From assembly GCA_025062045.1 (NCBI GenBank), contig JANXAF010000001.1, forward strand, positions 141,256-205,255: a DNA stretch of 64,000 nucleotides. The letters are read 5' to 3'. This document shows, piece after piece, positions 1 through 10,248 of this stretch. This DNA is from Thermodesulfobacteriota bacterium. GTDB taxonomy: Bacteria > Desulfobacterota > Syntrophorhabdia > Syntrophorhabdales > JANXAF01. The position numbers were made by a program, and so were the translations under genes. The notes beneath the pieces are model-generated. The model made no database searches. It saw only the letters and a program-made list of their open reading frames with translations, and had not been told where the DNA came from. Each line of letters opens with the position of its first letter. The first letter of the stretch is position 1.

Positions 1-12
1 AAGGAGGTAGTG

Positions 13-1200
13 ATGGCCGTCTCGAGAAAGATATCCGAACTTATGAAGGACTCTTCATGGATAAGGGCAATGTTCGAAGAAGGGGTAAGACTCAAACAAA
101 TATACGGCGAGGAAAACATCTTCGATTTCACTTTGGGTAACCCTTCCACAGAACCTCCTAAGGAGGTAAAGGAGGAACTTATAAGGATTGTGAGCTCCCA
201 TGAGAAAGGCATCCATCGATATATGCCGAATAACGGTTACGAAGACGTAAGAAGTGAGATAGCGAGTCTTTATAGGGAAAATACCGGTCTTCCTTTCACC
301 GAGAATCACATAATAATGACGGTTGGGGCAGCAGGTGGAATGAATGTTGTGCTTAAGGCTTTGCTCGATCCGGGAGACGAAGTTATAGTTCCATCCCCTT
401 TCTTTGTGGAATTTAAATTCTACATAGACAACCACGGTGGTGTTATGAGACTCGTGGAAACAAAGGAGGATTTCCATCTAAATCTGGAGGCAATTGAGGC
501 TGCCATAAATGAGAGGACAAAGGCGATAATAATAAACTCTCCGCATAACCCAACAGGAGTGGTATACACTAAAGACGAACTTTTAGAACTCTCTTCTATT
601 CTTAGGGAGAAAAAGAAAAGAAACCAAACCATAGTTATTGTAGCGGACGAGGCGTATAGAAAACTCATCTACGACAATATAGAATTTCCCGATCTCTTCA
701 AAATATATGAGGACACAGTAGTTGTCATATCCCATTCCAAGGATTTGGCCTTGCCAGGAGAAAGAATTGGATACGTTGCCATCTCCCCCCTCATGGAGGA
801 GGCGGATAATTTCATCGGGGCTGCGGTTTTTGCCAATAGAACTTTGGGTTTTATCAACGCTCCTGCGCTCATGCAAAGGCTTGTTAAAGGATTCCAGAAA
901 AATAGCGTTGATATTGGAGAATACCAGAAAAAAAGGGATGCAATATATAGCATACTCATTGAAGCAGGAATTGAGACGATCAAACCCTCCGGTGCTTTTT
1001 ACATATTCCCCAAATCACCCATTCCTGACGATATAGAGTTTGTAAGACACTTACAAAAACACCGCATACTTGCCGTGCCAGGGCGGGGTTTTGGAAAACC
1101 TGGCCACTTTCGGTTGGCCTACTGTGTTGAGTACGAAATCATAGAAAGGTCGAGACCATACTTTCTTGAAGCCATGAGAACATTAAAAGAGAAAGATTAG
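13..1200 (+). CDS. PLP-dependent aminotransferase, class I/II (aspartate/alanine aminotransferase-like)
   Basis: 396-aa ORF with SPHNPTG and SHSKDLALPGERIGY (Schiff-base Lys) motifs of fold-type I aminotransferases. AAGGAGG at 1-7 favours ATG at 13 over GTG at 10. Confidence 0.85.
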   Translation: MAVSRKISELMKDSSWIRAMFEEGVRLKQIYGEENIFDFTLGNPSTEPPKEVKEELIRIVSSHEKGIHRYMPNNGYEDVRSEIASLYRENTGLPFTENHIIMTVGAAGGMNVVLKALLDPGDEVIVPSPFFVEFKFYIDNHGGVMRLVETKEDFHLNLEAIEAAINERTKAIIINSPHNPTGVVYTKDELLELSSILREKKKRNQTIVIVADEAYRKLIYDNIEFPDLFKIYEDTVVVISHSKDLALPGERIGYVAISPLMEEADNFIGAAVFANRTLGFINAPALMQRLVKGFQKNSVDIGEYQKKRDAIYSILIEAGIETIKPSGAFYIFPKSPIPDDIEFVRHLQKHRILAVPGRGFGKPGHFRLAYCVEYEIIERSRPYFLEAMRTLKEKD

Positions 1201-1892
1201 AGCGGAAGTAGTTTGTGACGGATGGAAGATTCGAAGAATTCAGCTAATTTCTCCCTCAAATCCCATATTTTTACTTTCCCAAGATACGGAAAGGACCCCA
1301 AAAAGGGTACAGGGAGGAACTCTTCTAGGACAGAGGCGTTCGATTGTGCAGAGATATCCAACTCTTCTTCTTTATTGTTGAGGATCACACCTAAAACGGG
1401 AACATTTTTTAAAATTAAATAATGGCAGGTAAGGAGAGTATGGTTTATTGTACCTAGTCTATTCTCAGAGACGACAAGGACTGGTACGTTCCACCTTTTT
1501 ACGAGATCTAAAAAGAAAAAACCCTCCTTTATTGGAACGAGTATTCCACCGGCACTTTCTACAATAACCAAATCATGTCTCGAAAGCAGCTTCTTATAAA
1601 CTTCATCAAGAACACCAAGATCTATATCTTTTTTTTCCGATCTTGCTGCCACAAGGGGTGCAACTGGTAGGTCGAATCTATACGGTACTATTTCCTCTAT
1701 CGGATCCTCGGAACCCGAAAGGACCTTTAATGTCATAGCATCTGAATTTTTTGGATCCCACCCTGTCTCAACCGGCTTCATAACTCCGACTTTTAAGCCT
1801 TTTTTGAGAGAAAGGTAGCTACAGAGTGCGCCTCCAACAACTGTTTTTCCCACACCTGTGCCTGTTCCTGTCACGAAGATCGCCTTCATCAT
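1197..1892 (-). CDS. bioD: dethiobiotin synthetase
   Basis: N-terminal FVTGTGTGVGKT P-loop, VESAGG motif, about 230 aa. Its stop overlaps the convergent aminotransferase stop. Confidence 0.9.
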   Translation of the reverse strand: MMKAIFVTGTGTGVGKTVVGGALCSYLSLKKGLKVGVMKPVETGWDPKNSDAMTLKVLSGSEDPIEEIVPYRFDLPVAPLVAARSEKKDIDLGVLDEVYKKLLSRHDLVIVESAGGILVPIKEGFFFLDLVKRWNVPVLVVSENRLGTINHTLLTCHYLILKNVPVLGVILNNKEEELDISAQSNASVLEEFLPVPFLGSFPYLGKVKIWDLREKLAEFFESSIRHKLLPL

Positions 1893-2089
1893 CTTGCCAA
1901 AGCAATGAAGATTAAGGCCACTCCGATGAAAAATGAAGAGATTATGATCGATAGTCCTATTGATCCATTAGGGGCTATCCTTTTTTCGAATTCAAGCGAA
2001 AATGCGGCAAATATTATCTTTGCGCCGACGGTGAGAATAAAAACATAGAGGGCCGAGTAGATGAAAACCTCAACGATTTCTCCTAACAT
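1889..2089 (-). CDS. small two-helix integral membrane protein (DUF350-like by eye)
   Basis: 66 aa with two hydrophobic segments. Stop overlaps the bioD start (ATGA), and the gene lies 12 nt downstream of rex. Confidence 0.5.
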   Translation of the reverse strand: MLGEIVEVFIYSALYVFILTVGAKIIFAAFSLEFEKRIAPNGSIGLSIIISSFFIGVALIFIALAR

Positions 2090-2101
2090 AGCAACCCCTT
2101 T

Positions 2102-2743
2102 TTACTTTGAAAGATAATATACGAGACTGTCCAAAGCGGCAGTAAAAAATAAGTTCCTCACTTTGACATGCTCAGGGGCTCTCACAGGGACAGGTGAAAG
2201 ATTAAGAATCCCTTTTACGTTTGCCTCCACCAAAAGATCTGCTACTTTTTGGGCTTCCTGCGGTGGTACGGTTATTATACCTATCTCGATATTCCTCTGC
2301 TTCACCACCTCTTTAAGTGTATCCACGTGGAGTATTTCTACTGGCCTTCCAAGCCTTTCAGAAATCCGTCCCGTAACACCGACCGGATCTATGTCGAAGG
2401 CCGCAACTATCTTGTAATTCTGTTTCAAAAAATCCTTGTAGACGAGAATGGCACTTCCCAGATTCCCTATTCCAACAACTGCAATCCTCCACTCCCTGTT
2501 TATCCCTAAAATGTCCTTTATGTGATTTTGGAGGTCCTTTATCTTGTAACCCATCCCCCTTACACCAAACTCGCCAAAATAGGCAAGGTCTTTCCGAACC
2601 TGAGCTGGGTTCACATTACACATGGCGGCCAAAGTGGCACTCGATACTACCTTTTCCCCTTTGGACTCGAGCTCTTCTAAGCATTTGAGGTAGTTGGAAA
2701 GCCTCCTTATTGTGGCCTCCGGTATCTTTGCGTGTTTTGCCAC
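2102..2743 (-). CDS. rex: redox-sensing transcriptional repressor Rex
   Basis: N-terminal winged helix (IPEATIRRLSNYLKCLEEL) plus Rossmann VVGIGNLGSA, 213 aa. Confidence 0.9.
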   Translation of the reverse strand: MAKHAKIPEATIRRLSNYLKCLEELESKGEKVVSSATLAAMCNVNPAQVRKDLAYFGEFGVRGMGYKIKDLQNHIKDILGINREWRIAVVGIGNLGSAILVYKDFLKQNYKIVAAFDIDPVGVTGRISERLGRPVEILHVDTLKEVVKQRNIEIGIITVPPQEAQKVADLLVEANVKGILNLSPVPVRAPEHVKVRNLFFTAALDSLVYYLSK

Positions 2744-2827
2744 CTTACCCTCTCTAATTTTTTAAAATTATTGATCTATTTGTAATATCAGCGGGACTAC
2801 AAAAAATCAAGAGAAAAATTTCTCAAG

Positions 2828-3625
2828 CTAGATTTTGAGACCTAAGACATCCTCCATAGAGTAGATGCCTTCCTCCATGTTGACTATCCATTTTGCGGCA
2901 ATGAGTGCGCCCCTTCCGAAGTTTTCTCTCGATGTGGCTTTGTGGGTTATTTCAAGTCTTTCGCCAGGGCCAAAAAATATGACCGTGTGTTCTCCGATAA
3001 CATCCCCCCCTCTTACACTTAGAATCCCAATTTCCCCTTTTTTTCTTTCACCCGTAATTCCGTGCCTTCCGTAGACAGGTTGCCAGCCCACTTCCGGATT
3101 GGTACCCATAATAATATCCCTCATCTTTAGGGCAGTTCCGCTTGGAGCATCTCTCTTTAGCCTGTGGTGGATCTCCACTATCTCTACGTCATAATCTTTT
3201 CCGAGAAGCGGTGCTAGTCTTTTAAGAATAGCGAACATAACATTTACACCCACGCTCATGTTAGGAGAGATTACAGCTCGGACATTTCTTTCTTTTCTTA
3301 TCGTTTGAATCTGATCTTCCGAAAAACCTGTTGTCCCTATAACGATGGCTTTTCTACGGTTTTTTGCGATTTCAAAATGGTAAAGAGAGGCACTAGGTTC
3401 AGTAAAGTCTATAACCACATCGCAATTTTCAATTACTAAAGATAGATCGCTAACGACAGGAATATTCGCTTTAGCCAAACCCAGCTCTTTTAAAGTCTTG
3501 CCGCACGCGGGATGATCTTTTTTCTCTACGGCCCCACATATATCGAATTCCTCCATAGTATCAGCCAGAGCTATTACTGTTTTTCCCATCCTTCCTAAAG
3601 CACCAGTTACGGCAATTCTAATCAT
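2828..3625 (-). CDS. dapB: 4-hydroxy-tetrahydrodipicolinate reductase
   Basis: GALGRMGK NAD(P) loop and EIHHRLKRDAPSGTA signature. Confidence 0.95.
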   Translation of the reverse strand: MIRIAVTGALGRMGKTVIALADTMEEFDICGAVEKKDHPACGKTLKELGLAKANIPVVSDLSLVIENCDVVIDFTEPSASLYHFEIAKNRRKAIVIGTTGFSEDQIQTIRKERNVRAVISPNMSVGVNVMFAILKRLAPLLGKDYDVEIVEIHHRLKRDAPSGTALKMRDIIMGTNPEVGWQPVYGRHGITGERKKGEIGILSVRGGDVIGEHTVIFFGPGERLEITHKATSRENFGRGALIAAKWIVNMEEGIYSMEDVLGLKI

Positions 3626-4514
3626 CTTTTCTCTCCTTTAGAAGGCCATAATTTTTTGAGATCTCTTCCAAGTATTTGCTTGTCTTTTCAGAGGGTGGAC
3701 AAAGAGGAAGCCTAAGTTCCCTTTCTATCATTCCCATAAAGAAAAGTATCTCCTTTATCGGAATTGGGTTTGTCTCAACAAATAAAGCTTGAAAAAACGG
3801 GAGTAACTCTGCGTGAAGCCTTATTGCCTTTTCCACATCCTTCTTTACGAGAAAAGCTTCGTACAACTCCTTTACTCTATTCGGCATAGCATTTGACGCA
3901 ACAGATATAACGCCCGTTCCACCAACACTCATAATTGGAAGGAAAAGGTTATCGTCACCGGAAAGTATTGCAAATTTTCCTTTCGTAAGCCTATATATCT
4001 CTGCTGCCTGTGTTAGGGAACCCGAAGCCTCTTTTATCCCGACTATGTTTGGGATCTCCGCAAGCCGGGCAACGGTCTCTGGTGCCATATTTACACCGGT
4101 CCTTCCGGGAATGTTATAAAGGATTATGGGAATATCAACCTCTTCCGCTACTTTTTTGAAATGCCTGTAGAGTCCCTCTTGGGTCGGTTTGTTATAGTAC
4201 GGCGTCGTAAGTAAACACATATCGGCCCCAACCCTTTTTGCCGCCTGGGTAAGCTCTATTGCCTCATGTGTGCTATTGGATCCTGTGCCCCCTATGACAG
4301 GTACCCTTTTATTTACGAATTTTACCGTGAGTTCTATTACCTTTTCGTGCTCTTCGTACGTAAGAGTGGGTGCCTCACCTGTTGTTCCGCACGGAACAAT
4401 CCCGTCAACCCCATTTTCTATTTGAAACTCTATAAGCCTCTTTAGGGATTCTTCATCTACCTTGTTATCCCTAAAAGGCGTAACTATAGCTGTAAATACG
4501 CCTTTCAATTCCAT
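3618..4514 (-). CDS. dapA: 4-hydroxy-tetrahydrodipicolinate synthase
   Basis: CGTTGEAPTL and YNIPGRTG motifs, 298 aa. Overlaps dapB by 8 nt. Confidence 0.95.
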   Translation of the reverse strand: MELKGVFTAIVTPFRDNKVDEESLKRLIEFQIENGVDGIVPCGTTGEAPTLTYEEHEKVIELTVKFVNKRVPVIGGTGSNSTHEAIELTQAAKRVGADMCLLTTPYYNKPTQEGLYRHFKKVAEEVDIPIILYNIPGRTGVNMAPETVARLAEIPNIVGIKEASGSLTQAAEIYRLTKGKFAILSGDDNLFLPIMSVGGTGVISVASNAMPNRVKELYEAFLVKKDVEKAIRLHAELLPFFQALFVETNPIPIKEILFFMGMIERELRLPLCPPSEKTSKYLEEISKNYGLLKERKDD

Positions 4515-4527
4515 CTTCTTCCTCCCT

Positions 4528-5340
4528 TTAATTTAATGCTTCTTGATGGAGTCTACCTTCGAATACAAATCTAACCTCCCCTTCTAGGAAAACCCCATCT
4601 CTTAAGTAAACCTTGAGGATCTCACCGCCCCTTGTTATCACGTTCACCTCATCTCCCACCATATCCTTTTTATTCAGTACCACAGCCGAAGCAACAGCAC
4701 CTGTCCCGCATGCGTAAGTTTCCCCTTCCACCCCCCTTTCATAAGTTCTCACCATAATTTCACCGCTATTTAAAACTTTTACAAAGTTCACATTCGTCCC
4801 ACCGGGGCTAAAAGCAGAATGGAAACGGATTTCTCTTCCAAGTTCGGACACGGGGGCAGACTCAATATTCTCATAAACCAGAACAACATGGGGTACTCCC
4901 GTATTCACACTGCTTATGAATATCTCTCTGTCATTTAGGCTTATCTCATAGTCGAGTTTTAATGAATGTGGCTCTGTGAGCTCAATCTTTACTCTTTTTC
5001 CACTGACTTCTGCTCTTATGATTCCAGACTTTGTCTCAAACCTCATAACGTTGGAAGCTATCCCCATCTCATAGGCGAAGCGGGCTACACATCTACCCCC
5101 ATTACCGCACATCTCTGCCTCCGACCCGTCTGAATTAAAAAATCTCCAACCAAAATCGGCTACATTCGACTTCTCAACGAGAATTACACCATCTGCACCC
5201 ACAGAGAGATTCCTTCTGCAAATGTTTTTTACAAATTCTGTGACGTTTTCGAAGTTCTTTTCGATGACGGACTCTCTATTGTCGATGATTATAAAATCGT
5301 TGCCGCAGGCGGTCATTTTGTAAAACTTAAGGCCCTTCAT
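4528..5340 (-). CDS. dapF: diaminopimelate epimerase
   Basis: Both catalytic Cys motifs are present (NSDGSEAEMCGNG and GETYACGTG). Confidence 0.95.
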   Translation of the reverse strand: MKGLKFYKMTACGNDFIIIDNRESVIEKNFENVTEFVKNICRRNLSVGADGVILVEKSNVADFGWRFFNSDGSEAEMCGNGGRCVARFAYEMGIASNVMRFETKSGIIRAEVSGKRVKIELTEPHSLKLDYEISLNDREIFISSVNTGVPHVVLVYENIESAPVSELGREIRFHSAFSPGGTNVNFVKVLNSGEIMVRTYERGVEGETYACGTGAVASAVVLNKKDMVGDEVNVITRGGEILKVYLRDGVFLEGEVRFVFEGRLHQEALN

Positions 5341-6605
5341 ATCCTTCCCTCTTTTAGAGGTTCTGGCACTATTTCGTTCCGCATAAGATCCTTGATCGTC
5401 TCCCTTTTCCTTATCAGATAGAATTCGCTTCCACTTACCATCACCTCAGCTGGCCTCTTTCTCAAGTTGTAGTTGGATGACATGGAAAAACCGTACGCGC
5501 CAGCGCTCATAATGGCCAAAAGGCTTCCCTCAAATTGCTCAGAAATCAGTCTTTCTTGGGCAAAGAAATCCCCTGACTCGCATACGGGGCCCACAATGTC
5601 TACTTTTACTTTGTCTCTTTCAGCGCCAGTTACGGGTAAAATCTCATGGTACGCGTTATAAAGAGTAGGTCTTATAAGGTCATTCATGGCCGCATCGACT
5701 ATGTAAAATACCTTTTCTTCAGTCCTTTTGATATAGATTATCCGGGTTAAAAGGATTCCGCTATTGCCCACTATTACCCGGCCAGGCTCAAGTATGAGGG
5801 TATAATCTTTACCGGAAAGAAGCTCTTTTATTTTCTCTCCATACTCCGTTGGATGGGGAGGAAGCTCATCTTTATACGTGATACCCAGTCCACCCCCTAT
5901 GTCCAAGAACTTTATATCGATGCCATCCATCTTCAGGTCCTCCGCGAGGCCAAGAAGCGACCTTAAGGCCTCAAGGAACGGTCCAAGTTCCAGGATTTGG
6001 GAACCTATATGGGATGAGATACCGCAAGGGACAAGATATCTACTCTTCTTCGTCGCCAGATAGAGTCTGCGAGCCTGAGATAGGGAAATTCCAAACTTGT
6101 TCTTTTTCAAACCTGTGGTTATGTATGGGTGGGTCTTAGGATCTATGTCTGGATTGACCCTTAGGGCCACATTCACTTCAGTCTTTAGGCGTTCAGAGAT
6201 CTCTATAAGTCTTTCAAGTTCGCTTTCCGACTCCACATTTATAAGGAGAATCCTCTTTTTTACCGCCTGTTCAAGCTCTTCTTTGGTCTTACCGACCCCA
6301 GAAAACACGATTTTTTTTGGCGGAATGCCGGCCTTTAGGGCTTTTGCGAGTTCCCCTCCAGAGACAACATCAGCTCCGCTTCCAAGTTTGCCTAAAAGAG
6401 TAAGGATTGCAAGGTTAGAATTCGCCTTAAGAGAATAGCAGACAATGTGCGGAATACCCAAGAAAGCTGAATCGAATACGTGAAAATGCCTTTTTAAGGT
6501 CTTCGCACTATATATGTAAACGGGTGTTCCGAAGGCACGTTCGATTTCTTTTAAAGGCACTTCCTCACAGTAAAGCTCACCATTTTTATACTCGAAATAA
6601 TGCAT
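5337..6605 (-). CDS. lysA: diaminopimelate decarboxylase
   Basis: Fold-III PLP decarboxylase (YSLKANSN Lys motif, DIGGGLG, CESGD), 422 aa. Confidence 0.95.
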   Translation of the reverse strand: MHYFEYKNGELYCEEVPLKEIERAFGTPVYIYSAKTLKRHFHVFDSAFLGIPHIVCYSLKANSNLAILTLLGKLGSGADVVSGGELAKALKAGIPPKKIVFSGVGKTKEELEQAVKKRILLINVESESELERLIEISERLKTEVNVALRVNPDIDPKTHPYITTGLKKNKFGISLSQARRLYLATKKSRYLVPCGISSHIGSQILELGPFLEALRSLLGLAEDLKMDGIDIKFLDIGGGLGITYKDELPPHPTEYGEKIKELLSGKDYTLILEPGRVIVGNSGILLTRIIYIKRTEEKVFYIVDAAMNDLIRPTLYNAYHEILPVTGAERDKVKVDIVGPVCESGDFFAQERLISEQFEGSLLAIMSAGAYGFSMSSNYNLRKRPAEVMVSGSEFYLIRKRETIKDLMRNEIVPEPLKEGRI

Positions 6606-7582
6606 CAGTCTTCCTCCAAATAGACTATTGCCATATTCGAATCCTCACTCTCCTCCCCTTTATGGCCGATGGATTTGATAGCGTATATCACGTATGTTCC
6701 GAAAGGAAAATTGTAGTCTTTAAATCTAGTCTCTTCGACAGATACTTCCCCTATGACTTCTCTTTTACCCTCCGAAAACCTATAGATGCGAAAAGACTTA
6801 ACATTTCCATTCCTTTTTGCTTCCCAGAAAATGGATATCCCATCATCCTCTTTTTGCGCAATAACGTTATAAGGCGGAGGAGGTATCACTTTTTTTCTTA
6901 TATCAACTTCCACACCCTTTCCCTCTCCCTCCCAAAGAAGATCTCCTTCTCTCTTTACCTTCCTTACCTCATATACATATACTCCTTCCTTTTCTAAGCT
7001 CGAATCCCTATACCAGGGAAGGTCGATAGGTTTTTCGTTTATCGGAAAGACAGAATAGGTTCCCTTCTCATACCTGTAAATGTTGTAAAGGTAGCCCTCT
7101 TCCTTTTTCCAACTTATGTTAACCACTCCATCTTCAACTTCTATTCTTAGATCTTCCACAGGCTCTGGAGGAACCCTCCATTTTATAAAGAAGGGATTTG
7201 AATGACCGGCGTTTAATCCTCCTTCACCATAGACAAAGACAGTGTACGTGTAAGTTGATCCTTGAGTGAGATCAGAATCAAAGAAGTAGATTCGATTTTT
7301 GTAAAAACCGTAGGAACCTTTTGAACCCATCCTTATGTACTTTTCTTTTTCAGACCCTCTTTTTCCGTTTATCGTTTCTTTTCGGATCACTTTGAACCCT
7401 TCGATAATTAATCCTTTCGGGACTGAAAAAGAAAGAAGAAGGGCACCGTCTTTCACTTCACCTTTAAGATCTGTTATTAGGTATCTTTCAGCCTCTATCT
7501 TTGGAACTGGCGGACCTTTTTTTCCGCAAGAGACGATGACTATTAAAAGGCTAAGAACTAAGATAAACCCTTTCTTCCTCAA
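6605..7582 (-). CDS. lipoprotein with LptM-like N-terminus and three FN3-like beta-rich repeats
   Basis: Signal peptide plus lipobox (LLIVIVSC) followed directly by GKKGPP. Three roughly 95-aa modules each end in Y-x-Y-x-V-type strands. The gene lies between argH and lysA. Confidence 0.7.
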   Translation of the reverse strand: MRKKGFILVLSLLIVIVSCGKKGPPVPKIEAERYLITDLKGEVKDGALLLSFSVPKGLIIEGFKVIRKETINGKRGSEKEKYIRMGSKGSYGFYKNRIYFFDSDLTQGSTYTYTVFVYGEGGLNAGHSNPFFIKWRVPPEPVEDLRIEVEDGVVNISWKKEEGYLYNIYRYEKGTYSVFPINEKPIDLPWYRDSSLEKEGVYVYEVRKVKREGDLLWEGEGKGVEVDIRKKVIPPPPYNVIAQKEDDGISIFWEAKRNGNVKSFRIYRFSEGKREVIGEVSVEETRFKDYNFPFGTYVIYAIKSIGHKGEESEDSNMAIVYLEED

Positions 7583-8924
7583 TCTGTTTCACCACCCCGT
7601 CGTACGAAGCACCACCATAGGTCATTCTCTTTTTTACTATCATGAGGGGGTCCATAAATTCGTAAACATCTTCATCGAATAGAGACGAAAATGACTTCAG
7701 TTCATTTATCTGGAGATCCTTTAGGCTGATCTTTCTTCTGTCGCATTCCTTTATAATGGTCCCCACGAGTCTGTGGGCCTCGCGGAAAGGCAAACCTTTC
7801 AGTACAAGATACTCAGCCAGCTCTGTTGCCTCTATGTAACCGGTCTTTAAAGCATTTTCTATCCCTTCTCTATTTATCTCCAATCCCTCTATGCACAGTC
7901 TCATTATAGAAATCGAAGATTTTGCAACGGATAAGGCATGAAAAAGTGGCTCTTTGTCCTCCTGCAAATCCCTATTATATGTGGAAGGAAGAGCTTTAAG
8001 CAGAACCAGAAGGCTAAAAAGGTCGCTTATCACCCGGGCAGTTCTTCCCCTTATAAGTTCTAAAGCGTCGGGGTTCTTTTTATGGGGCATAAGACTGCTC
8101 CCTGTAAGTAGCCTGTCTGGAAGTCTAAAGAAGGAAAACTCTTCGGTAGAAAAAATGATAAGATCTTCGCTCAATCTAGAAAGATGTACCATAAGTACGG
8201 AAAGCGCGTATGTGGCATCGAGCACGAAATCTCGATCCGAGGCGGTATCCATACTGTTTTCCGTTAGTCTAGAAAAACCGAGCCTCTCTCTTAGATACTC
8301 CCTATCTATGGGGATTGTAGAACCGGCAAGTGCTCCTGTACCGAGAGGCATGGCATCAGCCTGGGAGATTGCGAGTTTTATCCTTTCCCTATCCCTTTTG
8401 AACATGTAGTAGAAGGAAAGCATGTAGTGTCCAAAGGGAACAATCTGAGCTTTTCTCATGTGAGTGTATCCTGGCATAGAAAGGTCCTTGTACTTTTCCG
8501 CTTTTTCAAGTATGGAACCCATAAGGCGAACAAGCTCGCATTCAATCTCCCTTAGCTCATCCTTAAGGAACATTCTTACATCAAGCGATATCTGCTCGTT
8601 TCTACTCCTTCCCGTGTGGAGTTTATTTCCAGTCTCTCCTATCTTTTCGACAAGCCTTCGTTCTACGTGCATGTGTATATCTTCCAATTCATTCGAGAAT
8701 TTAAACCTTCCAGTCTCTATCTCCTCTTTTATCTCCTCTAGGGCTTTGACTATCTTTTTTCTCTCCGCCTCCGAAAGAATTCCAATCCTTTCCAACATCT
8801 CTGCGTAAGCTATACTGCCCATTATGTCATAAGCAAAGAGCCTTTTGTCAATCTCTATGGAGGCGGTAAAGTCCTCTATTTGGGGATCCGTGGGTTCCAA
8901 AAATCTACCACCCCAGGGCTTCAT
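7551..8924 (-). CDS. argH: argininosuccinate lyase
   Basis: Fumarate-lyase signature [11 protein letters not shown], 457 aa. Confidence 0.95.
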   Translation of the reverse strand: MKPWGGRFLEPTDPQIEDFTASIEIDKRLFAYDIMGSIAYAEMLERIGILSEAERKKIVKALEEIKEEIETGRFKFSNELEDIHMHVERRLVEKIGETGNKLHTGRSRNEQISLDVRMFLKDELREIECELVRLMGSILEKAEKYKDLSMPGYTHMRKAQIVPFGHYMLSFYYMFKRDRERIKLAISQADAMPLGTGALAGSTIPIDREYLRERLGFSRLTENSMDTASDRDFVLDATYALSVLMVHLSRLSEDLIIFSTEEFSFFRLPDRLLTGSSLMPHKKNPDALELIRGRTARVISDLFSLLVLLKALPSTYNRDLQEDKEPLFHALSVAKSSISIMRLCIEGLEINREGIENALKTGYIEATELAEYLVLKGLPFREAHRLVGTIIKECDRRKISLKDLQINELKSFSSLFDEDVYEFMDPLMIVKKRMTYGGASYDGVVKQIEEERVYLSS

Positions 8925-9598
8925 CTTCTCTCTCCAAAGATCGCGGTCCCTATTCTTACCATGGTTGCCCCTTCTTCTATTGCCACTTCAAAATCATTGG
9001 ACATGCCCATAGAAAGCTCCTTCATTTCAAGGCCAAATCTTTCATTTGTCCTTTGCAGAATCTCCTTGAGTCTTCTAAAGTACGGCCTTGCCATCTCTGG
9101 ATCTTCAAAATAGGGTGGCATCGTCATAAGCCCAATCGGTTCTATGTTTTCCATCTCTTTGGCCCTCTTTACGAGTTCAAAAAGCTCATCCTCAGTTCTC
9201 GCTCCAAATTTTGTCTCCTCCCCAGATAGGTTTACCTGAAATAGAACTTTAAGCGGTTTTCCAAAAGAATTTAGCAACTCGAGAACCTTTACTCTGTCTA
9301 CAGAATGAACGTACGAAAAGATATCCGGAATGAATTTCACCTTGTTTGTCTGAATATGTCCAATCATATGCCAGGTGACATTCCAATTTTTGAGCATTTC
9401 AGCCTTTTTTTTCGCCTCCTGAACGTAATTTTCGCCAATATCGGTAAGCCCCTCTTCAATGGCAAGAAGAATTCTATTCACATCTATACCTTTTGTTACA
9501 CCAATCAGTTTTACAGTTTTAGGGTCCCTTTTAGACTTTACACAAGCTTTTTCTATTTTATGCCGGACGATTTTGAGTGATTCTCGTACGTCTGTCAC
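8921..9598 (-). CDS. yggS: YggS-family PLP homeostasis protein
   Basis: Single-domain alanine-racemase-N-like fold, LIGVTKG Lys motif, 225 aa. Confidence 0.9.
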   Translation of the reverse strand: MTDVRESLKIVRHKIEKACVKSKRDPKTVKLIGVTKGIDVNRILLAIEEGLTDIGENYVQEAKKKAEMLKNWNVTWHMIGHIQTNKVKFIPDIFSYVHSVDRVKVLELLNSFGKPLKVLFQVNLSGEETKFGARTEDELFELVKRAKEMENIEPIGLMTMPPYFEDPEMARPYFRRLKEILQRTNERFGLEMKELSMGMSNDFEVAIEEGATMVRIGTAIFGERR

Positions 9599-10185
9599 GA
9601 AACGATGCCTAAACTCTGGAGCGCCTCAACGAGTTCGCAGATAGGCAGGCCAACCACATTTGCATAAGAACCCCTTATCTCTTTCACCATGAACCCGCCT
9701 TTGCCTTGTATGGCGTAGGAACCCGCCTTCCCAAATGGCTCGCAGGTCTTTATGTACCTTACAATCTCCTCATCGGAAAGATCCTTCAAAAAAACCTTCG
9801 TTTCGACAGAATCTGTATGATAAACGTTTTTTTCGATATTTACTATACTAAACCCCGTTATCACCTTGTGCCATTTACCCTTAAGCATCTTTAACGTTCT
9901 ATACGCATCTTCCTCATTTTCAGGCTTTCCAATTAGCCTGTTTTTATGGACAACTACTGTGTCTGCTCCTATGACCCATTTGTCCGGAAAGAATTTGGCT
10001 ATTGTCATCGCCTTTTCCATAGATATGCGGCGGACGTAATCTTTAGGAGTCTCTCCCTTTTTCCTCTCCTCGTTTATCGAAGGCGGAATAATGGAAAAAG
10101 GAATTCCGAGCGTGCGCAGAAGGTCAACTCGCCTTGTGGACTCACTTGCAAGGATTATAGAATGTCCGTTATTGAGATGAAACAT
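9595..10185 (-). CDS. maf: Maf-like nucleoside triphosphate pyrophosphatase
   Basis: ILASESTRRVDLL N-terminus and GAYAIQG-like SYAIQGKG motif. Confidence 0.9.
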   Translation of the reverse strand: MFHLNNGHSIILASESTRRVDLLRTLGIPFSIIPPSINEERKKGETPKDYVRRISMEKAMTIAKFFPDKWVIGADTVVVHKNRLIGKPENEEDAYRTLKMLKGKWHKVITGFSIVNIEKNVYHTDSVETKVFLKDLSDEEIVRYIKTCEPFGKAGSYAIQGKGGFMVKEIRGSYANVVGLPICELVEALQSLGIVS

Positions 10186-10248
10186 GGATCTGTTAAATTA
10201 TATGAAATCCCAAATAAATTCAACACAAAATTCACTAAAGGAGGCGTT

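Noticed and set aside
2744-2827. Searched the rex upstream region for a Rex operator (TTGTGAA-N4-TTCACAA type).
   Set aside because: Only TTGTAA...TACAA with a 12-nt spacer is present, which does not fit the known operator geometry.
9946-10248. 101-codon N-terminal extension of cutA, from the 208-aa ORF in the track.
   Set aside because: - The extension runs antisense through maf and has no CutA homology.
- The internal ATG at 10249 has an AAAGGAGG SD and gives a normal ~107-aa CutA.
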